Assembly: GCA_009785425.1 (NCBI GenBank)
Contig: WQWI01000006.1
Coordinates: 1,304-65,303, forward strand
Length of the DNA: 64,000 nucleotides
DNA from: Bacteroidales bacterium
GTDB lineage: Bacteria > Bacteroidota > Bacteroidia > Bacteroidales > P3
Direction of reading: 5' to 3'
Positions 43,580 to 54,020 of the stretch are shown here, one piece after another (the first letter of the stretch is position 1; every line of letters begins with the position of its first letter). Made by a program: the position numbers and the translations under genes. The notes beneath the pieces are model-generated. The model was not told the DNA's origin. It worked only from the letters and a program-made list of their open reading frames with translations, and did not search any database.

Positions 43580-44458
43580 ATGTCGAAATTTGTAATCATC
43601 TTAGGTGTGCTAATGGTGCTAGTTGCTTGCAAGCCGAAGCCTGATGGAGTGCCGATTGCCAGAGTAATGAACGAGTATTTATTCCTCTCCGATTTGGAAG
43701 GCGTAGTACCTCCGGGGACATTGCAAACCGACAGTATTGAAGCCGTTCAAGCCTACATTCACAATTGGATTCAACAAAGATTATTGCTGAATAAGGCAAG
43801 AAGAAATTTGCCAGGATACCAAAGGGCTTTTGAGCAAAAAATCGAAAACTATCGTAATTCTTTGATCATTTTTACGTTTCAAAATGCACTTATCGAACAG
43901 ACGATTGATACGACGGTTACGGAAGCTGAAATTCAACGCTTTTATGATGAAAACAGACAGCTGTTTTTGTTGAGAAATAATGTTGTGAGAGTGCGATTTG
44001 CGAGGTTGGATAGTATCCCGTCAAATACCATAAATGCAGCACAAAGAGAAAGATTAGCAGAAAACAACATCATTCGCAATCTGATTTCTTCTAACGAATT
44101 AACCGGAGAACAGTGGGTACAACTTGTAGACCTTTGCCAAAGAAATTCGACAAACTTCTTTTTGGACGAGGATAGTTGGATTCACTTTAACGATTTGTTA
44201 AGAGAAATCCCCATTGATGCTGATAATCAAGAGAATTTTTTACGAGCACATCGACAGTTTCAAGTTTCTGAAGAAGAGTACATTTATCATGTAAATATCT
44301 TGGAGTTTCGACTTGTCGGTAATTACTCTCCCATTGAATTTGAACGTGAAAGAATCCGAAGCGTCATTTTGAATAATCGAAGAGTTGGGCTAATCGAAAG
44401 TTTGAGAAACGAAGTGATGACGGAAGGGCAAGAAAGAAATTGGTTTGAAATTTTTTAA
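43580..44458 (+). CDS. SurA-N-like chaperone-domain lipoprotein (no obvious PPIase core)
   Basis: Lipobox LVAC. TACTTTTG box at 43541-43548. It lies adjacent to the PpiC-type PPIase gene. Confidence 0.55.
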   Translation: MSKFVIILGVLMVLVACKPKPDGVPIARVMNEYLFLSDLEGVVPPGTLQTDSIEAVQAYIHNWIQQRLLLNKARRNLPGYQRAFEQKIENYRNSLIIFTFQNALIEQTIDTTVTEAEIQRFYDENRQLFLLRNNVVRVRFARLDSIPSNTINAAQRERLAENNIIRNLISSNELTGEQWVQLVDLCQRNSTNFFLDEDSWIHFNDLLREIPIDADNQENFLRAHRQFQVSEEEYIYHVNILEFRLVGNYSPIEFERERIRSVILNNRRVGLIESLRNEVMTEGQERNWFEIF

Positions 44459-44465
44459 AATACAC

Positions 44466-45794
44466 ATGAAAGCAAGATTGACATTACTAAGTCTGTTTTT
44501 TTGCACAGCGATTTTTGCACAAGACAGAATCATGATCGACCAAGTGGTCGCGGTTGTTGGAAACAGAATTGTTAAACACTCCGATGTTGAAACACAGCTA
44601 AACCACATGAGAATGCAGGGTGAGACTGTTACCGACTACTCTTATTGCCAAGTCTTAGAGCAATTGATGATCGACAGGCTTTTTCAGCACCAAGCCGATC
44701 TGGACAGCATCATTATTCCTGAATCGCTAATTGAGGAAGAATTAGATCGTCGTATTCGGTTCTTTATTCAACAAATCGGTTCGAGAGAAAGGCTCGAAGA
44801 GTTTTACGGAAAGCCTATTATTGCGATAAAGGAGGAATTTCGAGACATGATTACTGCACAAATGGTTTCCCGAGAAATGGCGGCAACGATAACACGAGAC
44901 GTCAGGGTAACACCAAGTGAAGTTCGACAGTTTTTTGAAAATATGCACGTTGATAGCATTCCGCTTATACCTGCTCAATTCGAGATTTATCAAATTATAC
45001 GAACGCCGGCAATTAGCAGACAGCAAACAGATGAAGTTAGAGATCGACTTACCGGATTTCGCACTAGAATTTTGCAGGGCGAACGTTTTTCTACGCTTGC
45101 AACGATGTTTTCAGAATGTCCGTCGAGTAGACAGGGCGGTGAATTGGGATTTTTCGGACGAGGGGAAATGCATCCCGAATTTGAGGCAACGGCTTTTTCG
45201 CTTCGCGACGGAGAAGTTTCGCCAGTCATCGAAACGCCTTTTGGTTTTCATATTTTACAACTTATCGAGCGTAGAGGTGAAAATGTAAATGTGCGGCACT
45301 TATTGCTTAGACCTCAGCCAAATGTCGAGGATTTGGATCGAGAGCGTGTATTTTTGGATAGTATTGCACAATTGGTTCGCGATTCGGTTCATACATTTCA
45401 GGAGGCGGCACGACTTTTCTCCGATGATCCGAGCGGAAGAGTCGGCGGTTTATATGTCAGTCCGTTTACCGGAAACTCACGTGTAGCAGCTGAAGAAATG
45501 GAACAGGGAATTTTCTTTGTCATTGATAATTTCGAGGAAGGGCAAATTTCAAATGCGGCGTTTTTCACCACCGAAGAAAACGAACAAGCTGTTCGCGTGC
45601 TTATGTTGAGCAGACGCTTTGCTCCACATCGTGCGAATTTAGAACAAAATTACGATGTGATTAAGAACATGGCCGAGGCAGAAGCCAGACAGGCTCAAAT
45701 GGAGGACTGGCTTAGCCGGCGACTAAGAACGCAGTACGTTCGATTGAATGCTGCCGCAAGAAACTGTACGTTTGAACATAATTGGGGGCAGTAA
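44466..45794 (+). CDS. Peptidyl-prolyl cis-trans isomerase, SurA/PpiC (parvulin) type
   Basis: Parvulin core FSECPSSRQGGELGFFGRGEMHPEFE...PFGFHILQLIERRG. Confidence 0.85.
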   Translation: MKARLTLLSLFFCTAIFAQDRIMIDQVVAVVGNRIVKHSDVETQLNHMRMQGETVTDYSYCQVLEQLMIDRLFQHQADLDSIIIPESLIEEELDRRIRFFIQQIGSRERLEEFYGKPIIAIKEEFRDMITAQMVSREMAATITRDVRVTPSEVRQFFENMHVDSIPLIPAQFEIYQIIRTPAISRQQTDEVRDRLTGFRTRILQGERFSTLATMFSECPSSRQGGELGFFGRGEMHPEFEATAFSLRDGEVSPVIETPFGFHILQLIERRGENVNVRHLLLRPQPNVEDLDRERVFLDSIAQLVRDSVHTFQEAARLFSDDPSGRVGGLYVSPFTGNSRVAAEEMEQGIFFVIDNFEEGQISNAAFFTTEENEQAVRVLMLSRRFAPHRANLEQNYDVIKNMAEAEARQAQMEDWLSRRLRTQYVRLNAAARNCTFEHNWGQ

Positions 45795-45795
45795 T

Positions 45796-46749
45796 ATGCA
45801 TACACCCGAACAAATACAGGAGTTAAACCAGAAATATCTCCGGCTTCGTTCTGAAATCGGAAAGGTTATTGTTGGTCAAGATCAAGTTGTAAAGGATCTT
45901 TTGATAACGGTTTTCAGTCGTGGACATGCCCTTTTGATTGGCGTTCCGGGATTGGCAAAAACACTTTTGATAAACACCTTGTCACAAGCCTTGGACTTGC
46001 AGTACAACCGTATTCAGTTTACGCCAGATTTGATGCCTTCGGATATTTTAGGTTCGGAAATTCTGGGACAGGATAGAAGCTTCAGATTTATCAAGGGACC
46101 TGTTTTTGCAAACATTATTTTGGCAGACGAAATCAACCGTACACCGCCAAAAACACAGGCTGCACTGTTGGAAGCCATGCAAGAAAAAGCAGTAACCATC
46201 GCAGGTCAAACGTATCCGTTACCTCTTCCGTTTTTTGTACTGGCAACACAAAATCCTATTGAACAAGAAGGTACATATCCTTTGCCCGAAGCCCAGTTAG
46301 ACCGATTTATGTTCAACATTTTGTTGGATTACCCAACGTTTGAAGAGGAATTAAATATCGTCAAGCAAACTACTACAGACGAAACTCAGCCACTTTCAAA
46401 AGTGATGAATGCTTCTGAAATAGAAATGTTTCAGTCGTTGGTTAGAGCACTGCCCGTTCCTGATAATGTGTTGCAGGAAGCCGTGAAAATTGTGTCGGGC
46501 TCGCGACCGAATACATCACAAGCGAAACCGATCGCAACACAATATTTACTTTGGGGTGCCGGTCCGAGAGCTTCACAAAATTTGATTGTCGGAGCGAAAT
46601 GTCATGCTGCTTTAAACGGGAAATTTTCGCCTGATATAGAAGATGTACATGCCGTAGCTTTGCAAGTTTTACGCCATCGTTTGGTGAAAAACTACAAAGC
46701 CGAAGCCGAAGGGATTTCTACAGATGATATTATCCGAGGGCTGTTGTAG
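45796..46749 (+). CDS. MoxR-family AAA+ ATPase
   Basis: GVPGLAKT Walker A, ILADEINR Walker B, VLATQNPIEQEGTYPLPEAQLDRF. Confidence 0.92.
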   Translation: MHTPEQIQELNQKYLRLRSEIGKVIVGQDQVVKDLLITVFSRGHALLIGVPGLAKTLLINTLSQALDLQYNRIQFTPDLMPSDILGSEILGQDRSFRFIKGPVFANIILADEINRTPPKTQAALLEAMQEKAVTIAGQTYPLPLPFFVLATQNPIEQEGTYPLPEAQLDRFMFNILLDYPTFEEELNIVKQTTTDETQPLSKVMNASEIEMFQSLVRALPVPDNVLQEAVKIVSGSRPNTSQAKPIATQYLLWGAGPRASQNLIVGAKCHAALNGKFSPDIEDVHAVALQVLRHRLVKNYKAEAEGISTDDIIRGLL

Positions 46750-46809
46750 GGCGTTCTATCATGTTCTACATGTCAGTTTTTTTTCGTATCTTTGCAAAAA
46801 CTATGTCTT

Positions 46810-47646
46810 ATGAGAAACCTCTTACTTATCAGCAATTCCACAAATTCCGGTGGAGCACTTTTAGCAGTTCTCGGCATTTTTTTACTGCTTTTTACTTCGT
46901 GTAGAGAGGATAGAGCAAGTTATGGATTTGTCGTGCTTGCTTTCGAACATCAATGGAACGGCGAGCCAATGCGGATTGACGGAACTACACAGTACACTAA
47001 TGCAGCAGGAAATGTTTTATCTTTTACCAATTTGGAGTATATGATTTCACATCTGACAGTTAGCGGGGGTGCCTCTGTTATGCCTGTCGGAACAACCATT
47101 CACTACATGGGGGTTGGTGATCCAACGATGCAACACACTGCTGATGGAATTTTCTCGGTTAGATTTGCCGTACCTTTCGAATTTCCTGTTGGCACACATC
47201 AAAAAAACATCGAATTTATGTTTGGAATACCGGACTATGATAATATATCCGGGATATTTCCGAATCCGCCGGAAAGAGATATGTTTTGGCCGGAACACAT
47301 GTACGGTGGTGGCGGAGGCGGTGGCTGGCATTTCATGAAACTTGACGGCAGGTGGCTGAATCCTCCGCCAAACGACACCGGAGCGATAATTCCGAGAGGT
47401 TTTGGAATGCATCTGGGTAGATTGATACGAAACGACTCTGTGTTTCACAACCATTTCCCGGTTTCAATTCAGAGAGAATTTGAAATAAAAGCCAATGAAA
47501 TCACAACCGTAACCGTTATCATGGATGTTGAACAATGGCTGCAAGATCCCTATATTTGGGACTTTAACGTGATGCCTACCGGAATCATGAGTAGCGAACA
47601 CGCTATGGACTCATTAGCACAAAACGGCAGAAGTGTATTTAGGTAA
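46810..47646 (+). CDS. MbnP-like lipoprotein (tentative)
   Basis: Lipobox LFTSC. The N-terminal pattern FEHQWNGEPM...YTNAAGNVLSFTNLEYMISHLTV resembles MbnP-family proteins as I recall them. Confidence 0.45.
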   Translation: MRNLLLISNSTNSGGALLAVLGIFLLLFTSCREDRASYGFVVLAFEHQWNGEPMRIDGTTQYTNAAGNVLSFTNLEYMISHLTVSGGASVMPVGTTIHYMGVGDPTMQHTADGIFSVRFAVPFEFPVGTHQKNIEFMFGIPDYDNISGIFPNPPERDMFWPEHMYGGGGGGGWHFMKLDGRWLNPPPNDTGAIIPRGFGMHLGRLIRNDSVFHNHFPVSIQREFEIKANEITTVTVIMDVEQWLQDPYIWDFNVMPTGIMSSEHAMDSLAQNGRSVFR

Positions 47647-47737
47647 AAATTGTAGGGGTGTGCTTCGGCTCCGCTCAGCAACCACGCCCCATTGTGGTCG
47701 TTGAGCGAAGCCGAAACGCCCGCAAAAAACAAAAAAT

Positions 47738-49054
47738 ATGACAAAAAAATTTATTTTGAAATGCACCACGTGCGGTAAAGAATTTGACAATTTTAAGGAA
47801 TGGTTTGACGTTTTTCAAGTGTGTTCGACCTGTCATAAAAACCGTGTAGAGGCGATTTACAATGTGGATTACAACACACTGAAAGATTTAATACACGCAA
47901 AAAACCGAACAGATTTCAGCCTTTGGCACTACTTCGATTTTTTACCGTTGAACGACAGAAAAAATATCATTTCTACACCCGAAGTTCCGCTTTCGCTTAA
48001 TAGATGGACATTTTTGGAAGATTTGGCAAAAAAATATTTTGGAATTGAGTGCGAAGTCCGCGCCTATCGCAACGATGAACACTATGGAACGGGAACCATC
48101 AAAGACAACGGTGGTATGCTCGCAGCGAGCGTTTTGACCGAAGCCGGAGTTTCGGAATACATCGTGGCAAGCACGGGAAATGTTGCGAACACATTTGCAT
48201 ATTATATGGCAAAGGCGGGCGTCTCGCTCTCTGCATTCATTCCGCAAGATGCTTTGCCGTTGAATGGTGCCGGCGTGAGTTGCTACGGACAAAAGGTTTT
48301 TCGAGTAAATCACGACTATCATCAAACCAAAAAAATTGCTACCGAATACAGCAAAAAATATGGCATTTTAATGACGTGCGGAAACACCGATCCGCTTCGC
48401 GTGGAAGCCAAACGTACAATGGTTTTTGAATGGTTGCGAGATTTGCCAAAGTTTCCGACTGTTTATGTGCAAGCATTGAGTGGAGGCACAGGATTTATCG
48501 CTATTGACAAGGCTTTGCGAGAAATCGAGCACTTAAATTTAGTGGAAGCTCCTCCGAGAATGTTGATGATTCAGCCCGACGGGTGTGCCCCTATGGTTGA
48601 AGGCTGGAAAAGAGCAAAAGCCAACAATTTTGCGGAAGGGTGGGAGAGTGATTATCCGATTTTGGAGGAACCTGTAACACAGGTCCCAACGCTGGCTACA
48701 GGGAACCCGGGCACATTTCCAATCATGGGAAATTTGGCAAGAAAAACCAACGGCGATATTTTGGAAATTCAAGAATCAAAAATCGTTGACATCACACGCT
48801 ACATCGCCTACGAAGCTGTTGTGGCAATGGGTCCAGCCGCAGCAGTTGCCGCACTGGGATATATCGAAGCACTAAAAACAAACAACATTAAAAACGGAGA
48901 TGTAGTTTTAGTCAACATTGGCGAAGGCATGCGGCGTGCACCCGAATTGTTGTTAGAAATGAATTACACCGAACAGCGTGTAGATTCTGTGAATGAATGT
49001 GAACGCTTTGATAGAAAAGAACTTCGAGCGGAATTGGAGAAACGTATTTTGTAG
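47738..49054 (+). CDS. Threonine-synthase-like PLP enzyme with N-terminal zinc ribbon (possible cysteate synthase)
   Basis: CTTCGK...CSTCHK. PLP-lysine context GTGTIKDNGG. STGNVAN; ALSGGTG. Confidence 0.65.
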   Translation: MTKKFILKCTTCGKEFDNFKEWFDVFQVCSTCHKNRVEAIYNVDYNTLKDLIHAKNRTDFSLWHYFDFLPLNDRKNIISTPEVPLSLNRWTFLEDLAKKYFGIECEVRAYRNDEHYGTGTIKDNGGMLAASVLTEAGVSEYIVASTGNVANTFAYYMAKAGVSLSAFIPQDALPLNGAGVSCYGQKVFRVNHDYHQTKKIATEYSKKYGILMTCGNTDPLRVEAKRTMVFEWLRDLPKFPTVYVQALSGGTGFIAIDKALREIEHLNLVEAPPRMLMIQPDGCAPMVEGWKRAKANNFAEGWESDYPILEEPVTQVPTLATGNPGTFPIMGNLARKTNGDILEIQESKIVDITRYIAYEAVVAMGPAAAVAALGYIEALKTNNIKNGDVVLVNIGEGMRRAPELLLEMNYTEQRVDSVNECERFDRKELRAELEKRIL

Positions 49055-49181
49055 AGTTTTGATCGTTCATTTTTTTGTAGCGACAAAAAAACGAACCAAA
49101 AAAACGCTTTGCGAAAATTATGATCTCCGCTAACGCTTCGACAATTTTCGCAGTAGGATATTCGCTTCGCTCATTTAAAAA

Positions 49182-49203
49182 GGGGCGATGCATACATCGC
49201 CCC
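49182..49203 (-). terminator. Intrinsic terminator for the minus-strand gene 49218-49652
   Basis: ggggcgatg-tatg-catcgcccc followed by ttttt on the minus strand. Confidence 0.7.
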
Positions 49204-49217
49204 GACAAGTACATCAA

Positions 49218-49652
49218 TTATTCGCCTTTCGTCTTAGCATTGACCTCTTTGAGAGAAGTAGAAATGTTACTTAAAACACTTAAAAGTGCCCAAACAGCAA
49301 GAGATATAACCGTTACATACACAGATAATAACAGTTGTGCCCAACCTGTTGTTGCTTGCACTCTACCCCAACCATCCCGAGTTTCACCAAACGAGAATAT
49401 TCCTAAAAAGAACAAAATAATACTTGCACCAATACCAAGGAATAAAGCAATATTGGCGATAGTAGATACCTTCTGTTCGAGTGTCATACCCAAAGTACCT
49501 GCGTTTTTTACTGTTGCACTTTCAATTTTTACTCCAGCAGGGGATATGTAGTAACTGCTTTTACATTGCCTGCATACATCATCGCCTGCTTTTTCTGCTT
49601 GATTTTCCATGCCACAGTAACAATACCAAGTGATATTTCCATTTGTGTTCAT
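49218..49652 (-). CDS. Zinc-ribbon membrane protein, function unknown
   Basis: N-terminal CYCG...CRQCK; three hydrophobic helices. Confidence 0.55.
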   Translation of the reverse strand: MNTNGNITWYCYCGMENQAEKAGDDVCRQCKSSYYISPAGVKIESATVKNAGTLGMTLEQKVSTIANIALFLGIGASIILFFLGIFSFGETRDGWGRVQATTGWAQLLLSVYVTVISLAVWALLSVLSNISTSLKEVNAKTKGE

Positions 49653-49734
49653 AATTTTTGTGTGGGCTTATTAGGACATTCCACGGGTCGCCTTTTAATT
49701 TATGTTTTGTTAATTGGGTTTCCAAACTTGCAAC

Positions 49735-49920
49735 AAAAAAAAACGGACTCACAAATCCGTTGCCAAGGTTTTAGACGACCCACACACAAAGACAAGTAAG
49801 CCCGTTGTAGGGATTACTTCTTTTGTGTGTTGAAAACTGTCTAAATTTTGGCAACAAGAATTTTTTATGTTATTTTCGTTTTCACATACTTTTTTGATTA
49901 AAATTGTGATGCAAAGATAC
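49735..49920 (-). ncRNA. Candidate structured leader or sRNA: promoter box, long imperfect hairpin, then an intrinsic terminator upstream of 49218-49652
   Basis: Minus-strand TATCTTTG at 49912-49919. Hairpin at 49782-49830. Terminator acggatttgtgagtccgt followed by T9 at 49735-49760. Confidence 0.4.
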
Positions 49921-50083
49921 AAAAAAATCTGAAAATAGCAAGGGGATTCCGCCCTACGGCGGAATGACGGCAAAAATCCCCCCCCTTAATCCCTCGCCAG
50001 CGGGTGACATTACAGGCGAAGCGTAAAAAACTATGAGGAGCAACGCAACGAATTAAAGAATTTTTTGTATCTTTGCAAACGAT

Positions 50084-50818
50084 ATGCTAAAAACAATCGG
50101 TCAATATTTTCTGTTTCATAAAGATGTTTTTTCGAGACCACCTCGTCGGAAACTCTTTTGGCGACAAGTGTTTGCAGAGATCTGGAGATTGGGTATGGAT
50201 TCAGTCCCGATTGTAATTTTGCTCTCTGTTTTTATGGGTGCGGCTCTGACAATCCAGTTGCATTTCGGAACGGACGGGCAATGGATACCGGATTACACCA
50301 TCGGTTTTGTCGCCCGTCAAACAATTATTTTGGAGTTTTCTCCAACCGTTATCAGTCTGATTTTGGCAGGAAAAGTGGGTTCGCGAATATCGTCCGAAAT
50401 CGGCACGATGCGTGTAACAGAGCAAATTGACGCACTAGAAGTGATGGGTATAAATCCTGCAAATTATTTAGTGCTTCCGAAAGTGATTGCTTGTATGTTT
50501 TTTCATCCGATTTTGATTATGCTGAGCATCGGCTTTGCAATAGGAGGTGGATATGTCGTTGGGGTTGCTTCCGGTATGATGTCTGCGTTTCAATATATTT
50601 ACGGTTTGCAATTTTATTTTAATCCGTTCGATCTGTTTTATGCGTTGTTCAAAACTGTTGTGTTTGCTTATTTAATTACAACAATTTCTGCGTTCTATGG
50701 TTATTTCACACAAGGCGGAGCGTTGGAAGTGGGACGTGCCAGCACAAAATCTGCCGTACAAAGTTGCATTATGATTATAACCGTTAATCTTGTAATAACT
50801 CAATTGTTGTTGGGATGA
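50084..50818 (+). CDS. mlaE: MlaE-family ABC transporter permease
   Basis: Typical MlaE pattern (GMDSVPIV, ARQTIILEFSPTV, EIGTMRVTEQIDALEVMG). TATCTTTG box at 50068-50075. Confidence 0.88.
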   Translation: MLKTIGQYFLFHKDVFSRPPRRKLFWRQVFAEIWRLGMDSVPIVILLSVFMGAALTIQLHFGTDGQWIPDYTIGFVARQTIILEFSPTVISLILAGKVGSRISSEIGTMRVTEQIDALEVMGINPANYLVLPKVIACMFFHPILIMLSIGFAIGGGYVVGVASGMMSAFQYIYGLQFYFNPFDLFYALFKTVVFAYLITTISAFYGYFTQGGALEVGRASTKSAVQSCIMIITVNLVITQLLLG

Positions 50819-51561
50819 TTTCAGTCAAAAATCTATACAAGTCGTTTGGCGAAAGGGTCGTACTTCACGACATTTCTACGGATTTTAAAGTCGGAGAAAG
50901 CAACCTGATTATCGGTATGAGTGGCTCCGGAAAAACCGTGTTGATGAAGTGTTTGGTAGGCTTGTTTAAGCCCGAATCCGGTCAAGTTTTGTTCAACGAA
51001 CGAGATATGGTTTCGATGAACGAGCAAGAACAGTCAAGCATTCGTCAAGATATCGGTATGGTTTTTCAAGGCAGTGCGTTGTTTGATTCGCTGACGGTTC
51101 AAGAAAATGTGATTTTTCCATTGGATATGTACACCAATATGTCGCTCGGGGAAAAAATTGAACGTGCAAATTTTTGTTTACAACGTGTAAACCTCGAAAA
51201 TGTCAATAACCTCTATCCCTCCGAAATCAGCGGTGGGATGAAAAAACGTGTTGCCATAGCACGAGCCATCGCCAATAATCCAAAATATCTGTTTTGTGAC
51301 GAACCCAATTCAGGCTTAGACCCACGCACCGCTGCGGTGATTGACGAACTGATTTCCGAAATCACAAAAGAATACAACATCACGACAATTATCAACACAC
51401 ACGATATGAATTCGGTGTTGCAAATTGGAGATAATGTGGCGTTTATTTATCAAGGAAACCTGTGGTGGAGAGGCGATAAACACAGCATTTGCGAAACAGA
51501 TAATCCGGAATTGCTTGAATTTTTAAATGCGTCCGAACTTACCAAACGACTGATAAAATAA
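50815..51561 (+). CDS. mlaF: MlaF-family ABC transporter ATP-binding protein
   Basis: Walker A GMSGSGKT, signature SGGMKKRVAIARA, Walker B LFCDEP. Confidence 0.9.
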   Translation: MISVKNLYKSFGERVVLHDISTDFKVGESNLIIGMSGSGKTVLMKCLVGLFKPESGQVLFNERDMVSMNEQEQSSIRQDIGMVFQGSALFDSLTVQENVIFPLDMYTNMSLGEKIERANFCLQRVNLENVNNLYPSEISGGMKKRVAIARAIANNPKYLFCDEPNSGLDPRTAAVIDELISEITKEYNITTIINTHDMNSVLQIGDNVAFIYQGNLWWRGDKHSICETDNPELLEFLNASELTKRLIK

Positions 51562-51582
51562 CAAAACAACGACCGCTGACAA

Positions 51583-51602
51583 GGGCGGTGCATGCACCGC
51601 CC
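51583..51602 (+). terminator. Hairpin gggcggtgcatgcaccgccc after mlaF (repeat-family terminator-like hairpin; no clear T-tract)
   Basis: Perfect 8-bp GC-rich stem, read directly. Confidence 0.45.
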
Positions 51603-51639
51603 CTACAAGCACCAACCATTAACTACTAATCACTAAACT

Positions 51640-52137
51640 ATGACACTTATAGACATCTTTCTTTTAGTTCCCTTGCTTTGGTTTGGCTTCAAAGGTGCAA
51701 AAAACGGAGCGGTTATGGAATTTATCCAACTTGCAGCAATTGTGCTGGGTGTACTTGTAGCTTCAAGATTTTCGCACTTCTTGGGCGATTTTTTCAACTT
51801 ACAAAGTGAATACGCCGGAATTCTTTATTTTGCAATAACTTTTATCGTTGTGGTTGGAATGCTTTTTTTAGCCGGATACATCATCACAACATTTATTAAA
51901 CTGATTATGTTGGGTTGGCTTAATCGTTTGTTGGGCGTTGTTTTTGCATTAGCGAAAACAATCTTGATTTTAAGTGTTTTGATTTTTTATTTCAACAAAA
52001 TCGACAGCGAGGAAGTCATTTTTTCGGAAGAGAATCGCAATGAGTCGCTGTTGTTTCGCCCGATAGAAAAAATTGCGCCGATGGTTATGCCAACATTGGT
52101 GCAACTTTGGGAAGATTTCGGTAGGGGCGAGTCATGA
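51640..52137 (+). CDS. cvpA: CvpA-family membrane protein; the stop codon lies inside a hairpin repeat (52120-52147)
   Basis: Four TM helices. N-terminus IDIFLLVPLLWFGFKGAKNG is typical of CvpA. Confidence 0.75.
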   Translation: MTLIDIFLLVPLLWFGFKGAKNGAVMEFIQLAAIVLGVLVASRFSHFLGDFFNLQSEYAGILYFAITFIVVVGMLFLAGYIITTFIKLIMLGWLNRLLGVVFALAKTILILSVLIFYFNKIDSEEVIFSEENRNESLLFRPIEKIAPMVMPTLVQLWEDFGRGES

Positions 52138-52153
52138 CTCGTCCCTACAATAA

Positions 52154-53992
52154 TTACACATCCACGCTCACTAAATTTTCAATAATAAATTCCTGGCGTT
52201 CGGGAGTGTTTTTGCCCATGTAGAATGTCAACAACTCCTTGATACCGGAATCTTTGGAAATCAAGACGGGATCTAAACGCATTTCAGGACCGATAAACGT
52301 TTTGAATTCGTCAGGCGAAATTTCGCCAAGCCCCTTAAATCGAGTGATTTCAGGATTTGTGCCTAATTTTTCTAACGCTGCCAAACGCTCTTCATCGTTG
52401 TAGCAATAAATGGTTTGCTCTCTCTTTCTCACGCGATACAGAGGCGTTTGCAAAATATACACGTGTCCATTGCGAATTAAATCCGGGAAAAACTGTAAGA
52501 AAAATGTTAGCAATAACAAACGAATGTGCATGCCGTCAACATCGGCATCAGTAGCGATTACAATGTTGTTGTAACGCAGATTTTCTATGTTGTCGCTGAT
52601 ATTCAAAGCGGCCTGCAAAAGGTTGAACTCTTCGTTTTCGTAAACGATTTTTCGTGCCATGCCGAAACTGTTCAATGGTTTTCCCTTCAACTTGAAAACG
52701 GCTTGAGTATTCACATCACGAACTTTCGTAACGCTTCCACCTGCCGAATCTCCCTCCGTAATAAATAACGTTGTTTCTAACTTTCGCTCATCGTTGGAAT
52801 TGTAGTGAACACGGCAATCGCAGAGTTTTTTGTTGTGCAGGCTCACTTTTTTTGCCGATTCGCGTGCTAACTTTTTGATGTTGTCCATACCCTTGCGTTC
52901 CTTCTCGTTTTGCACGATTTTTTGAAGCAAAGCCTCAGCGGTCTCGCTGTGCATATGGAGGTAATTGTCCAAATGTTTTTTGACAATGTTGTTGATAAAA
53001 TTTCGGATGGTTTCGCCTTTACCTTCGGGCAAAATGGTGTTTGAGCCGAGTTTGGTTTTGGTCTGACTTTCAAACGTCGGTTCTTGAATTCGCAAGCTAA
53101 TAGCGGCCACAATTGCCGAACGAATATCGGAAGGCTCAAAATCTTTTTTGTAAAATTCGCGAACGGTTTTCACAACGGCTTCGCGAAATGCGACGAGATG
53201 CGTTCCGCCTTGCGTTGTATTTTGTCCGTTCACAAACGAAGTGTAATCTTCACCGTACTGACGTGGATGATGCGTCAACGCAAACTCAAAATCTTCGTCT
53301 TTGATGTGAATAATCGGATAAATGGGGGTAACATCCAAATTGTTTGTTAATAAATCGAACAATCCGTTTTTTGAAGTCAGTGTTTGCTCGTTGAATTTTA
53401 TTGTCAAGCCTGCATTGAGATAGCAATAATTCCAAAGCATTTTCTCAACGTATTCTGTGCGATAGTAGTAGTTTTTGAACAATTCCGCATCGGGAGTGAA
53501 CACGATTTTTGTTCCATCACGAAGACTCCCGCTATCTTGGATTTCTTCGTCATTTGTGATAGTGCCTTTCGTAAATTCAGCGATTTTCGTTTTTCCTTCA
53601 CGAACAGATTGCACTTTGAAATAGCTCGAAAGTGCGTTTACAGCCTTTGCTCCAACGCCGTTCAATCCAACGGATTTTTTGAAGGCTTCCGAATCAAACT
53701 TTCCGCTTGTATTCATTCTCGAAACACTTTCTACCACTTTTCCGAGAGGAATTCCACGCCCGTAGTCACGAATGGAAACAACGCCGTCATCACTGATTTT
53801 AACTTCAATCGTGCGACCGTTGCCCATTACAAATTCGTCAATACTGTTGTCGATAATTTCTTTCAACAGTACATAAATTCCATCATCGTACGATGTTCCG
53901 TCCCCTAATTTTCCAATGTACATTCCGGGGCGCTTTCGGATATGCTCAATCCATTCTAAGGATTTTATGTTGTCTTCGGTGTAGTTTACCAT
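52154..53992 (-). CDS. parE: Type IIA topoisomerase subunit B (topoisomerase IV ParE-like)
   Basis: GHKL ATPase motifs ([17 protein letters not shown]), Toprim [18 protein letters not shown]. At 612 aa it fits the shorter ParE-type subunit of Bacteroidota. Confidence 0.85.
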   Translation of the reverse strand: MVNYTEDNIKSLEWIEHIRKRPGMYIGKLGDGTSYDDGIYVLLKEIIDNSIDEFVMGNGRTIEVKISDDGVVSIRDYGRGIPLGKVVESVSRMNTSGKFDSEAFKKSVGLNGVGAKAVNALSSYFKVQSVREGKTKIAEFTKGTITNDEEIQDSGSLRDGTKIVFTPDAELFKNYYYRTEYVEKMLWNYCYLNAGLTIKFNEQTLTSKNGLFDLLTNNLDVTPIYPIIHIKDEDFEFALTHHPRQYGEDYTSFVNGQNTTQGGTHLVAFREAVVKTVREFYKKDFEPSDIRSAIVAAISLRIQEPTFESQTKTKLGSNTILPEGKGETIRNFINNIVKKHLDNYLHMHSETAEALLQKIVQNEKERKGMDNIKKLARESAKKVSLHNKKLCDCRVHYNSNDERKLETTLFITEGDSAGGSVTKVRDVNTQAVFKLKGKPLNSFGMARKIVYENEEFNLLQAALNISDNIENLRYNNIVIATDADVDGMHIRLLLLTFFLQFFPDLIRNGHVYILQTPLYRVRKREQTIYCYNDEERLAALEKLGTNPEITRFKGLGEISPDEFKTFIGPEMRLDPVLISKDSGIKELLTFYMGKNTPERQEFIIENLVSVDV

Positions 53993-54020
53993 GAGATTTT
54001 TATCCTTCTATTTCCATTTG

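Noticed and set aside
47290-47325. The Gly7 run (YGGGGGGGWHF) in the MbnP-like protein as a simple-sequence contingency locus
   Set aside because: It is encoded by mixed ggt/ggc/gga codons rather than a homopolymer or perfect microsatellite, so slippage is unlikely.
3249-52150. The many short GC-rich hairpin repeats as a CRISPR array
   Set aside because: The copies are dispersed singly or in pairs at gene ends, are internally palindromic and vary in sequence and orientation. They have no regular repeat-spacer periodicity, and no cas genes are present.
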